A DNA stretch of 64,000 nucleotides, from NCBI RefSeq assembly GCF_009914755.1, contig NC_060927.1. The stretch is one strand, 5' to 3'. Made by a program: the position numbers and the translations under genes. Shown here piece by piece: positions 49,577 to 64,000 of the stretch (its first letter is position 1; the number at the start of each line of letters is the position of its first letter). Below the pieces are notes generated by a model. It had not been told where the DNA came from, did not search any database, and saw nothing but the letters and a program-made list of their open reading frames with translations. The stretch is from the human T2T-CHM13v2.0 reference genome, Homo sapiens.

Positions 49577-49853
49577 TTAATCTTATCATAATACTGATTT
49601 TGAAACAGTGTCAGTGATTTAAAATAATCTGTAATATTTTCATGGGAAAGTATCACTGCCCCCTGTAACTTAAATTTTCGTGAGATACTCTCTGAGTTAT
49701 TCATAAATGGAGTGCTGTTCAAACATTTCTATAAGTTAATTTGATAACCTATAATTTTGTTGGATGATGCTAGAAATTTTCTGGAGTAATAAGACCAAGA
49801 GGAATTTGAAAGACTTTAAAGTTTGAGCTGTACCTGAAAATAAACATTCCTGA

Positions 49854-50173
<320 letters not shown>

Positions 50174-50927
50174 TGACTCAAGTGGTGGGAAACACATAAT
50201 TTGAGCCTTTATGAACTCTAAAATCTATTTTGTCAGCTACATGATTTTACTTGCAATTGCATTGACACAGATCTATTCATTGAACATTTAAGAATTGTCT
50301 TTTCATCATATCGTATATCTCATATATATGAGAGAACATCTTTTAGTAAACTTTACAAGTGGTCTTCTTTTTACATATTAACATGTTGATGAATGTTAAA
50401 GTAGCAAAGACTCAAGCCCTTACCATACTAATGTTTCTTCTTTTCAAGACAGATCTTTATGGGCAGAAACACAGAAATGGAAGTAGCAGATTTTAAGAAA
50501 ACTGATTCAGACTTTGAACTTGTATGACCTTATATTTATTGATTTATTTGAGTCATAAGATTTCTGGGTTTTTTTTTTTTTGAGAATATGAAAGACTAGT
50601 TAAGAAAATTTGTGTGTTTATTTGATATTTGCTTTCTGAAAATATAAAAAATTATGAGAGAGCTAGCTATATATGGTCTTTATTCTGGGTCTGTGAAATA
50701 ATGTAAGGAATTTTGTACTATGCTTTTAGAGCAAGAGTTATCCTGGGGGTCTGTGACCCTCCAAGGGTTGGTTTCAAGGGATTCCTGAACTCCCTGTAGT
50801 TGTGACCAGAACTTTTTGTGTATGTGTATTTTTCTGGAAGAGGGTCTGTAGTTGTTTTAGAAAAGAGATCCAGGACTTAAAAAAATTAGAGACACATCTT
50901 TTTATTGAATAAAATGGAAGTTAGAAT

Positions 50928-51100
50928 TCTTTTCTTTTCTTTCTTCTTTTTTCCTTTTTCTTTTGAAACAGGGTCTCACTTTGTTGCCCAGTCTGGAATG
51001 CAATTGCATGAAACTGGCTCACTGCATCCTTGACCTCCTGGGCTCAAGTGATCCTCCTGCCACAGCCTCCCAGAGTGCTGGGATTACAGTCATGAGCCAT
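50928..51100 (-). mobile_element. Alu monomer / deleted AluJ
   Basis: Single-arm-length reverse Alu. Confidence 0.8.
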
Positions 51101-51184
51101 CACAGAATGACCATTCTAAAGAGAAAAAAACATTTTTGAAAAGTAGATCTGTGTGCTCGTTACTTGCCTTTTAAAGTTATCTTC

Positions 51185-51527
51185 AGGCTGGGCACAGTGG
51201 CTTATGCCTGTAATCCCAGCACTTTGAGAGGCCAAGGCGGGTGGATCATTTGAGGTAGGCCGAGGCGGGTGGATCATTTGAGGTCAGAAATTCAAGAGCA
51301 GCCTGGCCAACATGGTGAAACCCCATCTCTACCAAAAATACAAAAAAAATTATCCAGGCGTGGTGGTGTGGCCTGTAATCCCAGCTACTCAGGAGGCTGA
51401 GGCAGGAGAATCACTTGAACCCAGGAGGCTGAGGTTGCAGTGAGCCGAGATCACTACACTCTAGCCTGGGCAACAGAGTAAGACACTGAAATAAATAAAT
51501 AAATAACAAACAAATAAATAAATAAAG
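51185..51527 (+). mobile_element. AluS with 28-bp internal tandem duplication and (TAAA)n tail
   Basis: aggcc(a/g)aggcgggtggatcatttgaggt twice (51229-51284). Confidence 0.92.
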
Positions 51528-53019
51528 TTGTCTTCAGACTTAGAGGTGTAAAAGCACTTCCATTTTATTCCCACAACAAAGCATTGCCTATCAGTTGATA
51601 AGCCAAGCTGGTCTGACGTGCTAGTCCTGCATGTACTGTGGCTGTGTTTTTAAAAAATTATATCTAAAAATTCAGACCAGATCGTTTGATGGTAGATAAG
51701 CAAAGATTTGATCTTGACACCAGCCGTTGGAGTAAATGGGTCTTTCAGCTCCACTCTCTTCTCTCCAGAAAATTTGAAATTTGACTCAAAGGGAATCATT
51801 GTAAGAAAATGTGTTTGTGCCTTGGCAGGACAGTAGAACATGATGGGAAAAACACAGTTTGAGTCAAAATAGACTTAAAATTCAAATTTGGTTTCCTTTA
51901 TTCACTGTAGCTACTTACCCTGCTTGACTCTTCAGTTACTCATCTGGATATGGCTAACTAGTAGAGTTGTTGGGAGGCTAGCTAGAAGTTTCCCGTATAA
52001 AAGTCTTAGCTCCTCTTTGGCCCGCAAGAAGGACTTACAAGCCAGGTTTGGGGAACCATTAATAAACATCTGAGGAAACATGTATATTCATGGTATAGGA
52101 TAATAAGTACATTATTTCCAAATTGGTGTGATGAAGATATTAACACTTAAAACATTGTTTTTTAAGAAAAAGATTTTCAAAAATGAGTTAGGATTGAGTG
52201 GTCCCCAAATATAGATATTTAGAGGAAAGTGGAAAATGATGGTTTATTTGGCAGAGGGGAGGACATGGATGCTGCTGGGCAGGAAGAAATGATAGCCACC
52301 CACCAGCATTATATTTCTCTCTGTGGGCAAGATTCCATTTAACATTTTCTCTTCACTTATAATCTGAATTAAAAAATTAAAATACTGCACATGTACTTTA
52401 TAGTCCATCACCCCTAAAAGTGCTTCAGCACTCCTTTCGTTTTGAGACCTTCACAGGTAACCCAGGGACTTCATGGGTGGAAGTTACACTTATAACTTTA
52501 GTTGTCTAATTCTGCTGTCTTTAAAATGCCTTCACAGTTGGGTACCTGTGTTGATTTTTGTCAATAGGAAAGGGTCTGGCAGGACTGAATCATATTTTAC
52601 TTTAAATGCTGAAGTAAGAGAGGGCATTATGAGTCAAAAGAAAGTGTGAGATACGTAAATAAAATACTGTATAATGCTTATGGCCATAAAAATAAACTTG
52701 CTTCTACTATTTCTATAGTCTTAACCTTTCCTGTCATTTATTCGTGGTGATCATTTATGCTTTCTGCCCTTGGGTTGGGAAATGGTTATGAACACAGCCT
52801 TTAGGCTTTGAATATGGCCTTGATTCTCATTTCCTGAGCTCTCTGGTTGTGTTCAACTTGGTCCAGTCTCCTTCTTTGAGTCTAGAGGAGATGACCATTA
52901 AATGGGATAATAAATGCAAAAAAGTTTTGCTTACTCCTAGGCTCCTAGTAAGTACTCAGAAAGTGGTAGCCATTTTGAAGACAGTTACATTCTCATCTTT
53001 AGAAGGAGATATCATACAT

Positions 53020-53330
53020 CTTTTTCTTTTCTTTTCTTTTTGTTTTTTTTTGAGACAGAGGCTCATTGTTGCCAAGGCTGGAGTGCAGTGGCATGATCTT
53101 GGCTCACTGCAACTCCTGCCTCCCAGGGTTCAAGCTATTCTCGTGCCTCAGCCTCCCTAGTAGCTGGGATTACAGGCATGTGCCACTACGCCCAGCTCAT
53201 TTTTGTATTTTTAGTAGAGATGGGGTTTCGCCATGCTGGCCAGGCTGATCCTGAGCTCCTGACCTCAGGTGATCCACCTGCCTCGGCCTCCCAAAGTGCT
53301 GGGATTACAGCTGTGAGCTACCGCACCCTG
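53020..53330 (-). mobile_element. AluS
   Basis: Reverse Alu consensus. Confidence 0.92.
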
Positions 53331-53634
53331 CTAGAGATACTATACATCCTTTTAAAGAGAATACCTTTATTCATCCTTATTCCCACTTAGACCTTCTGGA
53401 ACCATCTTACTTTCAACTCAGAAAAGCCTTTTACATTTTCTTGTTATGATAGGCAGGTATCCCAACATCTTGATGACCTATTGGACTTCTCCATTGTTCT
53501 TAGCCAATGGGGTTGCATTCTCTATTGGCCTGGCAGGTTATATCAAAATCTTGGATATGTCAGGGGCCAAACCAACAAGCCTGCACAGGTTTGGAGCTGT
53601 GATCCATCAAACAACTGTGTGATTTTATAGCCTG

Positions 53635-53950
53635 GAACAGAGATCAGCAAATTTTCTGTAAAGGACCATATAGTAAATATTGTTTACTTTGCCAGCCATC
53701 CAGGTCTCTACACCTACTCAGCTCTGCCATGATAGCAGGAAAACACTCATAGATATAAATGAATGGGTATGACTGTGTTCCAAGAAATGTTGATGAACAC
53801 TGACATTTGAATTTCATGCAATTTTTATGTGTCACGTCATATTTTATTTTTTCAACCATTTAAAAATGTGAAAGTCATTCTTAGCTCCTGTTATATACAA
53901 ATCTTAGCTAGATTTGGTCCATGGGCCATAATTTGCAGAATCCTTGCCTA
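53635..53950. mobile_element. MER58-like DNA transposon
   Basis: cagcaaattttctgtaaaggaccatatagtaaatatt...ctactcagctctgcc. Confidence 0.7.
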
Positions 53951-55865
53951 GAATATTAGATGCATAGATTTGTGGCATTGCCAAGCAACCACCCCCAACA
54001 TGTGCACACACACGTATGTGTGTGTGTGCTCACACACTGCTGTTTTATTTAGCATACTCTGCTTTTGGTATGGCAGTTTGATCTAATGCCTCATCTCTTT
54101 GGATAGGATGAAACTTCAGTCAATAAGTTTTTATTAGTCATATTGTGTGGCCGCCTTAGCACATGCATGATTCTGTCACCAATTAATTTTATTTATTGTT
54201 AAGTGTTCTCACCTTGCCCATTTTTTTATAGAGCTTGATGATTGGACCCTCTCAGATGTGATGGTTTTTGAAGGGAATCAGTGCTTTTGGAGCTGTCTTT
54301 TGCTTAATGTTCCTATTAATCCTTCTTTGCCGTGGAAGGGAAGTAATTAATACTGGCCTCTCAAGCTGCTAACTAGACATTCTTTCCTAAAGGAAATCTG
54401 TATCCTGGCCTTCCCTATTCCCTTTCTGCATGATATGTTTGGCTTTATAAAGCACACAAAAATTCCTCTTGTGTTCTAACCCCTGGAGATTAGCTCTAGG
54501 ATTGGTGTGTACAGAGCATGTAGATATATATGTCTGTGTGTAATTTCATCCGGCCATCACTGAAGCTCTGAGGGCTGCTTCTTTTAGTTTCACCTTTTCA
54601 CTCCCTCTACCTTTCTCTCCTGGCCATTGTGTAAGGATGCAGATTTGGTGACCTGATAACTGCTCTAACTGATTGGTTTATTTTTTGCTTCGTTTCCTGC
54701 TTTTCAACATTCTCTACTGATTTGCTTATTTTGCAGCAAGTACACTCTTTTTGGAGTTTACCTTTTCAAAACAACATTGTGCTGAAAATAAAACCACTAG
54801 AGATTATTTGGGTATTGTAGGATTTTTCCCCCTCCAAATGTACAGTAAATACAGTATAAGAGGCATGACTCAGTATTTTAGATATAGAATGCAATTTAAA
54901 AAATTGTTTGCCATTTTATATATAGATATTAGAGGTGTAAAATGTGTTCTTACTTTTAGCATTTAAGGGTTTCCTTCTTGTTAAAAAAAGTAAATTTGCT
55001 ACATATCTTTTGGATAACAGTTTGGGCAATATGAACCCAAAGTCATTACAAAAAAAGAAAAAAAGGTAAATTCACATCTAGGAATTTAAAGAAACAGTTG
55101 GTGAAGTATGCACAGATGTATGTACCAGATTGCTCACCTGTCCTTTTTTTATAACAAAACATAGAAAGTGATCTAAATACCTATGGATAGGGGATTAAGT
55201 GAATTAGGGCCTATCCATGTAGTGGAATATGCTGCAATCTTTAAAAAGAATGATGCAGTCAATATTTATTCATAGAAAAAAAGGTATATAATGAGACTAT
55301 GTATAAGATGGAACTTTTAGAATAGGGTTTTAGTCATCTTTGAAGTATATGGAAGAAAATGCCAGGAGCAAGAATTGTTACAGGGGAGAATCTGTTTTAA
55401 TTATTAAATTATAATCTAAAACTATAATTTTGATTATTAAACATTATTATAATCTGGTTTGTTTTTAAATTTAAAAAAAAAACAGATTATAATTTAATGC
55501 TTTAATTATCAATTAAATTGTTCCTTTTTTTTCCTTAGCCAGTTACCTTCAAATTCAACTCACCTTTATTTGCACCTGCATCTTTGTGGTTTAACTATGA
55601 TAATTTTAGCAAATTTTCACTTCAGTTATTTTGGCTTTGGAGTATGTTCTATCTCCTATGCCCCACATTCTGGTGGAGATACAGTTCATTGTTTATATGA
55701 AATTAGCAACATTGATCTAGCCTTGACGAATGAGAAACGTAACCACATCTGGCTGTGACATAGTGACTCTTTGTGGACTTTGGGCCTTAGAGTTTGTTAT
55801 AGGAAACTTTAGGACGTGAATACACTATAAAATATAGAAATATTACGATAATTCATGAAGCATGT

Positions 55866-56330
55866 CTGTCAGTTATCTATTGTTAACAACCCATTCCAAA
55901 AGTTTGTGGCTTAAAACACATACCATTTTATTTGCTCATAATTAGGGCAGAGCAGTTCTCCATTGGTAGTGCCTGGCCTGAGGTCACTAATGTGGCTGCA
56001 GTCCTCTTAAGTCTTGAGTCAGAACTAGTTAGTCAAGCTGGGCTATCTCTCTGAGCTCCACATAATCTCATCTTCTAGCAGCCTAGATCAAATTTCCTCA
56101 GGTGGAGGCACTTTGTTCCAGGAGGGTGAGAACTGCAAGGTTTCTGGAGGCTTAAGCTTAAGAGTCACACAGTACCACTCTGCCATATTCTGCTAGTCAA
56201 AGCAAGTCACAAGGCCAACTCAAATTTTAGGAGTTGGACAAAGATACCCCCTCTTGATGGCAAATGCTGCCAAGTCATATTGCACAGGATAGCCTACAGG
56301 GAATTGTTGCAGCCATCAACATATGTGCCA
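55866..56330. mobile_element. MLT1-type MaLR LTR
   Basis: tgtcagttatctattg...tggcttaaaacac...gtcaaagcaagtcacaaggcc. Confidence 0.7.
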
Positions 56331-57309
56331 ACCTGCTTTTGTTATAGTAACTAAACTCTGTTTGTTTGCCATGATTGATAAAACTCTGTTCTGAGGAACA
56401 GTGCTAAATGGTTTCCTGTGTTACCTCTTGGGATAACAGCTCTACATGTAGGTAGTATTATCCCATTTTAAAGGTATGAAAAGTGAGCCTTAGAAAGGTT
56501 AAGTAACCTGCCCTAGAGCTTTTATCTAGTTAGGGACAGATCTTAAAAGTTAAGGAAAATTTATGTCTATACCAGTGTTTCTTAATCCCATCACTAAAGA
56601 ACTTGCATGGGGGAGGGAGAGAGGAAGGGTGGGAAGTGGGAGGAAGCGTAGTTTTTAAAATCTCAAAATCCATTATCTTAAAATTTTACATGAATTTTGT
56701 ATTCTACTCTATAATATATCCCTTTTCAATGTGAAATTCATGGTTTAATTACTTGCCAATCAAATTAAATTTTATCCCCCCAATTTTTAAGAAAATGCAA
56801 TTCTTCTAGACACAGTATAACAGCTAATCAGCCAGAGATCTTTGGTTGTAAGCAGTAAGAACTAAATCTGACTACTTTAAACATAAAGAGATTACTGGAG
56901 GGATGTGGTGACAACAATGCCAAAGAATCAGGCTTCAGAGTGAACCAGATCTAGAGCAGCTTCAGGGATCCAGGTAGCAGGACTCAGTAGACAGTCTTCT
57001 CAGGATACAGGAGGGCCAACCTCTCCAGCAGTTTTTAATCCCACTTTCTACTGAGAGTATATCTTTCAGGCCCATACTGGGTCCCAGCAGGTGCCTTGGT
57101 TATTGCCTCACTCAGCCAGTACCCTTTAGGGGAGTTGTCATTCCCCAGAAGTGGGAATTGATGGAGGGCAGGTAAAACCAACAGATATTTACTATCTGAA
57201 CATTTGTGGGCCACTATGAGTGGACTTGGTTTAGACATTGTATCACATATAAGCGACACCATAATGATCCCTGGTTCACCCGTCTCCTTCCCAACCCTAC
57301 ATCTAAGGG

Positions 57310-57608
57310 TTTTGTTTTGTTTTGTGTTTGAAACAAGCTGTCCTTCTGTCACCTAGGCTGGAGCGCAGTGGCACAATCGTGGCTTACTGCAGCGTTGACC
57401 TCCTGGCCTCAAGCAGTCCTCCCACTGCAGCTTCTCAAGAAGCCGGGGATACAGGTGTGTGCCACCAAACCTGGCTAATACATTTTTTTTTTCTTTTTTG
57501 TAGAGACTGTGTTATCTAGACTGGTCTCCCATTTCTGGGCTCAAGCCATCCTCCCACCTTGGCCTCCCAAAATGCTAGGATTATAGGCATCAGCCACCAC
57601 ACCTGGCC
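57310..57608 (-). mobile_element. AluJ
   Basis: Reverse Alu consensus. Confidence 0.88.
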
Positions 57609-58408
57609 CCGAGGATTCTTAAACTCCCATCTTTAAAAGCATTCTTGTGGCTCTACACTGTCTATTTCCATTTAACCTTACTGGTACTTACCACTCTAAA
57701 TGCAATACTACATGTGTTTTTTACATGATAATCTTTCCTAAAATATGCATTTTCCTCATTTTTAAAGAAAAGCATATAGACTCTAACCATTTGTTGGTAA
57801 CAGAGTCACTATAAACATTTTTATCCAGTGCATAGTGATCCCCTTAGAACCCAGTGAGATAAAGTTTATGGTCTCTGCACTAAATTTTCTCAAATTTCTC
57901 TGCATTTATTTTTCGGTCTTCTTGTGTCTAAGTGCTTTCACTGTAACTTTGCTAATACTTTAAAATACGCATGTTAGACTTTATAAAAGCTTATAGGCTG
58001 AAGGGGCAACTTACATTTATTTGGCCTTTGTAAGTATGAGTTAAACCACACTTCAAATGATAAAATGCTGTGCATATACAGTGTGATTTTATACAGAGCA
58101 TTTGCACGTATGTTCTCCTGTTTCATTGTATATTCCAATCCTTTGAAGTCAGGGAAGAGGAGATATTTTCTCTATTTTTCAGCTGAGGATAAGGTTTAGA
58201 AAGGGTGATTTCCCCTCCAACCTAAGACTACTGCAGAATTCAGGTGTTCTGATTGCCCATGCCTTATTGAGGGTGGTTCTAGAACAGTGGTTTACTAACT
58301 GCAGAAGCTCCTTTTCTGGATTCTGAAGTTTCCAGGCTGAACTGGAGATGGGTAAACTAATGTTTGGCCTCATTTGAGTAATGTTCCCTAATTGTAGTGA
58401 CGTTGGTG

Positions 58409-59050
58409 TGTGTCTTAGTCTGTTCAGGCTACTCTAACAAGATACCATAAACTGGGTAGTTTGTAAACAACATACCTTTGTTTGTGACAGTTCTGAAGGC
58501 CGAGAAGTCCATGATCAGGGTGCCAGCAGATTGTGTGTCTGATGAGGGCTTGTTTCCTGTTTCATAGAAGGTGTCACATGGTGGAAGGGGCAAACAAGCT
58601 CCTGGACCTCTTTCGTAATGGCACTAATCCTATTCATGAAGGTTCTGCCCTCATGACCTAATCACCCTGCAGAAGGTCCCACATCCTATTACCATAACTT
58701 GGAGGGTTAGGATTTTATTTTATTTATTTTATTTTTATTTTTTGTAGAGATAGGGTTTTGCCATGTTGTCCAGGCCGGTCTTGAACTCCTGAGTGGCAAG
58801 TGATTCTCCCACCTCAGCCTCCTGAGTAGCTGGGACTGCAGGTGCATGCCATTACACTTAGCTAATTTTTTGTGTTTTTTGAATAGACAGGGTCTTGCTA
58901 TGTTGCCCATGCTGGTCTTGAACTCCTGAGCTCAAGTAATCCTCCTGCCTCAGCCTCCCAAAGTGCTGGGATTACAGGTGTGAGCCACTGTGCCCAGCCT
59001 AGGATTTCAACATGTGAATTTGGGAGGACATAAACATTCCGACCATGACA
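58409..59050. mobile_element. MLT1A/MST-type LTR with Alu insert (58713-58999, -)
   Basis: tgtcttagtctgttcaggct...aacattccgaccatgaca; taggattt TSD around the Alu. Confidence 0.8.
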
Positions 59051-62000
59051 GTGTGTAATGGTGGTGTCTAGTAGTCACCTTGGTAATTAGTAGCTGCTGC
59101 TGTTTATTCTTGCCTTGGAGGCCCAGCATCTTTTTATTTCCCCACAGATAGCCAGGTGAGGAGCTGATTTACCCCATCTCTTCTTGCCACAATTAGCTGG
59201 GTTTGAAGTACCTCTTGGAGCCCTTCGATCTGGCCTTTTTTATTTCTTTTCCCTGTAATTACCACTTTGTGATGTAGTCACTCGTCCTTTCAGCCCCTGG
59301 ACTCTTCTTTTATATGGTCCTGGCTGTTTTCTGCTGACAGGTCTATCACTACAAGAGGTTTTGAGAGGAGCACTTGACACTTTTGTTTAATTAAGGTCTC
59401 CAGACAGTTTTCTGTTAATAGCAGGGTTGTATGTTAGGCTCTTTCCCCCCATTACTTTTAAAGTTTCATTGTAGTCTGGATCATAAACTTGTCTGTGGTG
59501 GTAATATGGTGGTTCTTGTTTGGCCAGACCTTTTTGTAAATACACACATCCCAAGACTTCTGTAGCTTTTGGAACCTTGTTCTGACATTTAACACTAGTT
59601 TTAAAGTTGTCTTTTTCTAATTTGTTTCAGGCACTGATTTCTACAGCTTCTAACCATGTTTTGATAAGCACTAGTCAAAAAACTATTTTTTCCTCTTGCA
59701 TTTTTAGTTTGTTTGTTTTTTGTCTTATGGTTTTTGTAGATACTGTGAGCCTTTGGAATCCTTCAACTTAATTCTGAAAAGAATGCGAGTAAAGTTCTAC
59801 ATTGAAAAATAAGTATTTTTCATTTCCTTATACTTTTTTCACTGGCATTTTTAAGTTTTAGCATACTGAACAGAAAGGCATTTTTAGTGTTCTGGCTCAT
59901 AGCTCCTCTTAGCTGCTCTAAGAGGAGATATTTAAGGCTCAATTCTCTGTGTCCTCCACTCCGTACCCTGTTTATTATTATTGTGGTAGTTATAACTATA
60001 AATCATTTGCAGATCGAAGTTAGAAAAGAGACCATTTGTCATTACATTAAGACAGTTTAAAGGAATCGCTTGTTCAAATTTACTAGCTTCCTGAAGCTAG
60101 TAAAGATGTTTATGGTTTCCAAGATTCCCTGTTAATATATTTCAACACTACAAGACAGTGAATAACACATGTTCAGCTATTATAGATTATGAGGAAAGCT
60201 AGCTCCTAGAAAAGATTTTTCAGTACTATAAATGGCACTAAACTGAAAAATCAGTTGTCATAATAAACAGCGGTCCTGATCTGAGAGTAGGCAGGTTTCT
60301 TGGTGTGTCTGTGCTTTTAGCTAATGGCCAGCAATGAGTAGCTCTCTTTTCCATAAATCTGGTATCAAGTATTAATCAGCTGTAGACTGGAAAGTTTTTA
60401 TTTGCTAGCATTTGTAGTGGAGGAAACACCAGTCTGTTTTATCTGTCTCTTAGCCATATAACTGCATATGATATCATCTGCATGGCGTTCTTACAGAGAG
60501 AAATAGTTGTATTCTTTTTCATTTGTAGTCGGAGTACTTCAGAATATTAAAATAGTGAACTTTGACCTTGAAGCATCTAAATTGTCTCAGTTAAGATTGT
60601 GATGTATACCAGAAAAAATTTACACCTTAAATTCAATTTAGCATTCTTGTTTTGCACATTTTGAATGGTTTTTTTAATTTAAGAGCAAAGTCCATAGAAT
60701 GATTGTACTATTGAAAAATCTTAAATCTCAAAAGCTAAGAAAGGTAATTTAGATTTTAAGTTTCAAGAATTACGTAAATTTGGGTCTTAAGGAAAAACTG
60801 AAATTCCTGAATGCTTACAGAGGTTTTTGTTTAATTTTTTTTCGTGATTACAGAAATCATAAGTGTTTGTAGAAAACTCAGAAAATTCCACAGATAGAAG
60901 GAAATAAAAGTTACTCATACTTCTACCCAGAGATATCACTATTAACATTTTATGTATATCCCCCCAGCTGCTTATAGAGTTCTCCAATAAAATATACTTT
61001 GAAATGCATGCTTAGAAGTAAGGGTAGAAGAGTGGTAGAAATGGGTACATAGTGTGAACCAAATTTTGTTAATCCTACTGCTTGTCAGACTGCCCGCCAG
61101 GTGTTGCCTTCAGGCTGATGAGAGCTGCCTGGCCCTTTGGCCAGCTTTGGCTGATTTGCAGCAGAGCATCTTTTCTTAGACAACTGTCTATATCTGTCTG
61201 TGTCTTTATCTTAGCAACTGTTTCTTGTCAGCTCCAAATGCCTGCTGGTTGCAGAGAGAGACATTTGGGGTCCTTGTTGGAGTGGCTTATTGATATGAGC
61301 CATAAGTTCTTATCAACCCCGTGGAAAAATTCTTTAAATCAGCTCTTATTCAAAAGAATGCCCGAATATTCACAAATATAGTATCCTTCAGATTACTTGC
61401 ACCAAGTAACAGCAAGGTATTTAGAGACTCCCAGGTGATTTCAATTAACATCTAACCTCAAATCCGGTCTCCTTGGTAAGAGAAAAATCCAGAGAAGGAG
61501 CTCAAAGCAGATTATGGTATAAGCATATGCCAGTCCTCTCCTGTGGAAAAAGAAAAGTGCTAATCTGGTCAGAACTGTTAAAGAGACAGGCAAGGCTGAG
61601 CACAGCAGAATTCTCTCATCCTGTTCATCTTTTGCATTAGTGCAGAAAAAAGATTTATCTCAGGATGAAAGAAAGAAGGAAGGATGGCAGGCAGGTGGCT
61701 AGTAATAGGAGATGGTTGGTTCTCTTCCTCTCTGCCTGGGCTAGTGGTAAGCAGGTCCTCAGGTCTGAAAAACTAGTAAAAGTGAAGTGACACACAGGGC
61801 AGCTTCCCCAGGCAGTGATACAACTTGTTGGTATTCAGTGTGAAAATACAAAGCTGACTTTGATTCCTTGCCATCAGCCAGAGGAAACCCTGGAGAAGTA
61901 GGAGGCAGTGGCATCTCTTTGTAAACATTTTATTCTTGACAAGTAACAGACTCCTACCTAGAGAATTGTAAGCGTTGGCCCCTCCATTCTGCCAGCTGTC

Positions 62001-62149
62001 TTTCAAGAGCACTCTCAGTATTCTCCTGCACTGACCAGTTTAAAAGGTGTCGTTTCTGCTCCCATGCAGTGCTTGGTGTGAAGGAATTAATTTGCAAGAT
62101 GAATAACCATTGTGATAACTGCTCACATGCAAAGGAGAGAGATTGCTGA

Positions 62150-62680
62150 TTTTACAGGTGTGTGGTTTGCTTTCTTAGATCTGGCAGGAAACAGAGTCCA
62201 ACTCAGATGGTTTAAGAGACTTTAAATGAAAGAATTATTTTCAGAAGGACGGGCAGAGTTCAGGATGACATGGGTTTCTGTCACCTAGAAACTAATAGGA
62301 ATGGCAAGCTGTTATCACTGCTAGATCTGAGGGAGCAAAGAGAAGAAATAGTGTTACTGGAGTCTAGTGAGAGCTGGTGCCATAGTGGATGGGCTGTTAA
62401 GACAGGAGCTATAGTACTAGAGGCATTCAGCCACTGCCAGAAAAGGGAGCCCAGAGCAGGGAGGGAACAAGGAGGGAATATTCTCCTCTCTGACTTTTTT
62501 CTTTGCTCTTTGATCTTTTTCCAGTGCCTTCTATTGGCCAGACCCACCTGGAAGCTGGCCAGCAGGTGAATCTATGATGCTGCCCATAGAGGTCAGCCTC
62601 TTGGGACTCAGCAGGGCCCAGTATGGTGGAAAGTTGGTCTGGGGGTGGAAAGTGGATCAGACAAAATTATACCATACCCT
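62150..62680. mobile_element. Old MLT1-type LTR
   Basis: ggcaggaaacagagtccaactc...cttctattggccagacccacctggaagc. Confidence 0.55.
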
Positions 62681-63095
62681 ATAGCATATTCTTAATTTCA
62701 CTTTCATCATTTTATCTCATCATCCTCATCTCCTGAAATCCCAAAATAAACCTTAAAGCATGTGAACTATTGATTATGACTCAGTTCTATCTTTTAATAT
62801 AAATAGCCCAAAGAGTTACCCTACTCTTATCAGAGAAATTAAATATTCAAAGAGAGAATCTGAACAGTTCTCAGAAGAATTGGAAAATCACTGAAAGACC
62901 TTCTGTTGGGGCATTTTGTTCTTGGTTAAAATTAAACTAACATTTAAAAAATATGCATATGAACTGTACAAGTGATTTATCTTAAAATATAAAACTTGTA
63001 CTTTTAATGACACATTGCTGAAATGTGTTTTTTATTATTAAGGTTAAGGTGCAAAAGGAAAGTGCAACTTAAGTCCTTATGGATTATCTCTTCAG

Positions 63096-63355
<260 letters not shown>

Positions 63356-63408
63356 TGAATTAGCAAAAAGATTCTTATTCCACCGATCTAGAAATACAAG
63401 AACAGATG

Positions 63409-63723
<315 letters not shown>

Positions 63724-64000
63724 TTATCAAAAGAGAGTCTGTTTTAGTCCATAACTTTATTGAGTTTTGAGGTTTGAGAAATGGGAAGATGAATATTTAC
63801 TCTGTAAATATGAATGGTGAAAAGAGGTCCACACTTACCTATAATAATTGGTGCTTTAATAAAAGCATCAGCTGTGGGATTAAAAAAGAGGGAAAAGTGA
63901 TGTAGTCTGTCTTTATCAGAGATTCTTTTAGACAGGTCACAAATATTTATCAAAAGTCTACAGTTGCCGTGTCCTAGAAGTACAGATGAAAAAAGTGCCA

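Noticed and set aside
55539-55738. Possible ~200-nt cassette exon in ATXN7 intron 1
   Set aside because: Good acceptor but weak donor (AAC|GTAACC) and no other support

Overview
Human (or very close great-ape) genomic DNA from the C3orf49 / THOC7 / ATXN7 locus (3p14.1); two AluYa5-type inserts favour human. The + strand carries the full C3orf49 CDS: five coding exons, 3097-15504, 293 aa. An alternative ERV-derived last coding exon at 28650-28679 would give a 292-aa form. The - strand carries the complete 8-exon THOC7 CDS (47417 down to 17759, 204 aa). THOC7 shares a CpG-island bidirectional promoter with ATXN7, of which only non-coding first exons and the start of intron 1 are in the window; the SCA7 CAG repeat is not. 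The rest is dense in Alu, L1, L2, MIR, MER and LTR repeats, including a ~10-kb nested MaLR/L1/ERV1 stack in THOC7 intron 1. Most ORF-track entries are Alu or GC-rich artefacts. Main finding: the C-terminus of the uncharacterised C3orf49 protein aligns by eye with the synaptobrevin/VAMP R-SNARE motif and ends in a Cys-rich CaaX-like tail instead of a transmembrane helix. Splicing into the ERV exon would replace exactly that tail. The ERV itself has an R-U5-internal-U3-R-A-rich layout resembling a retroposed viral RNA. Repeat subfamily names and boundaries are by eye and approximate.
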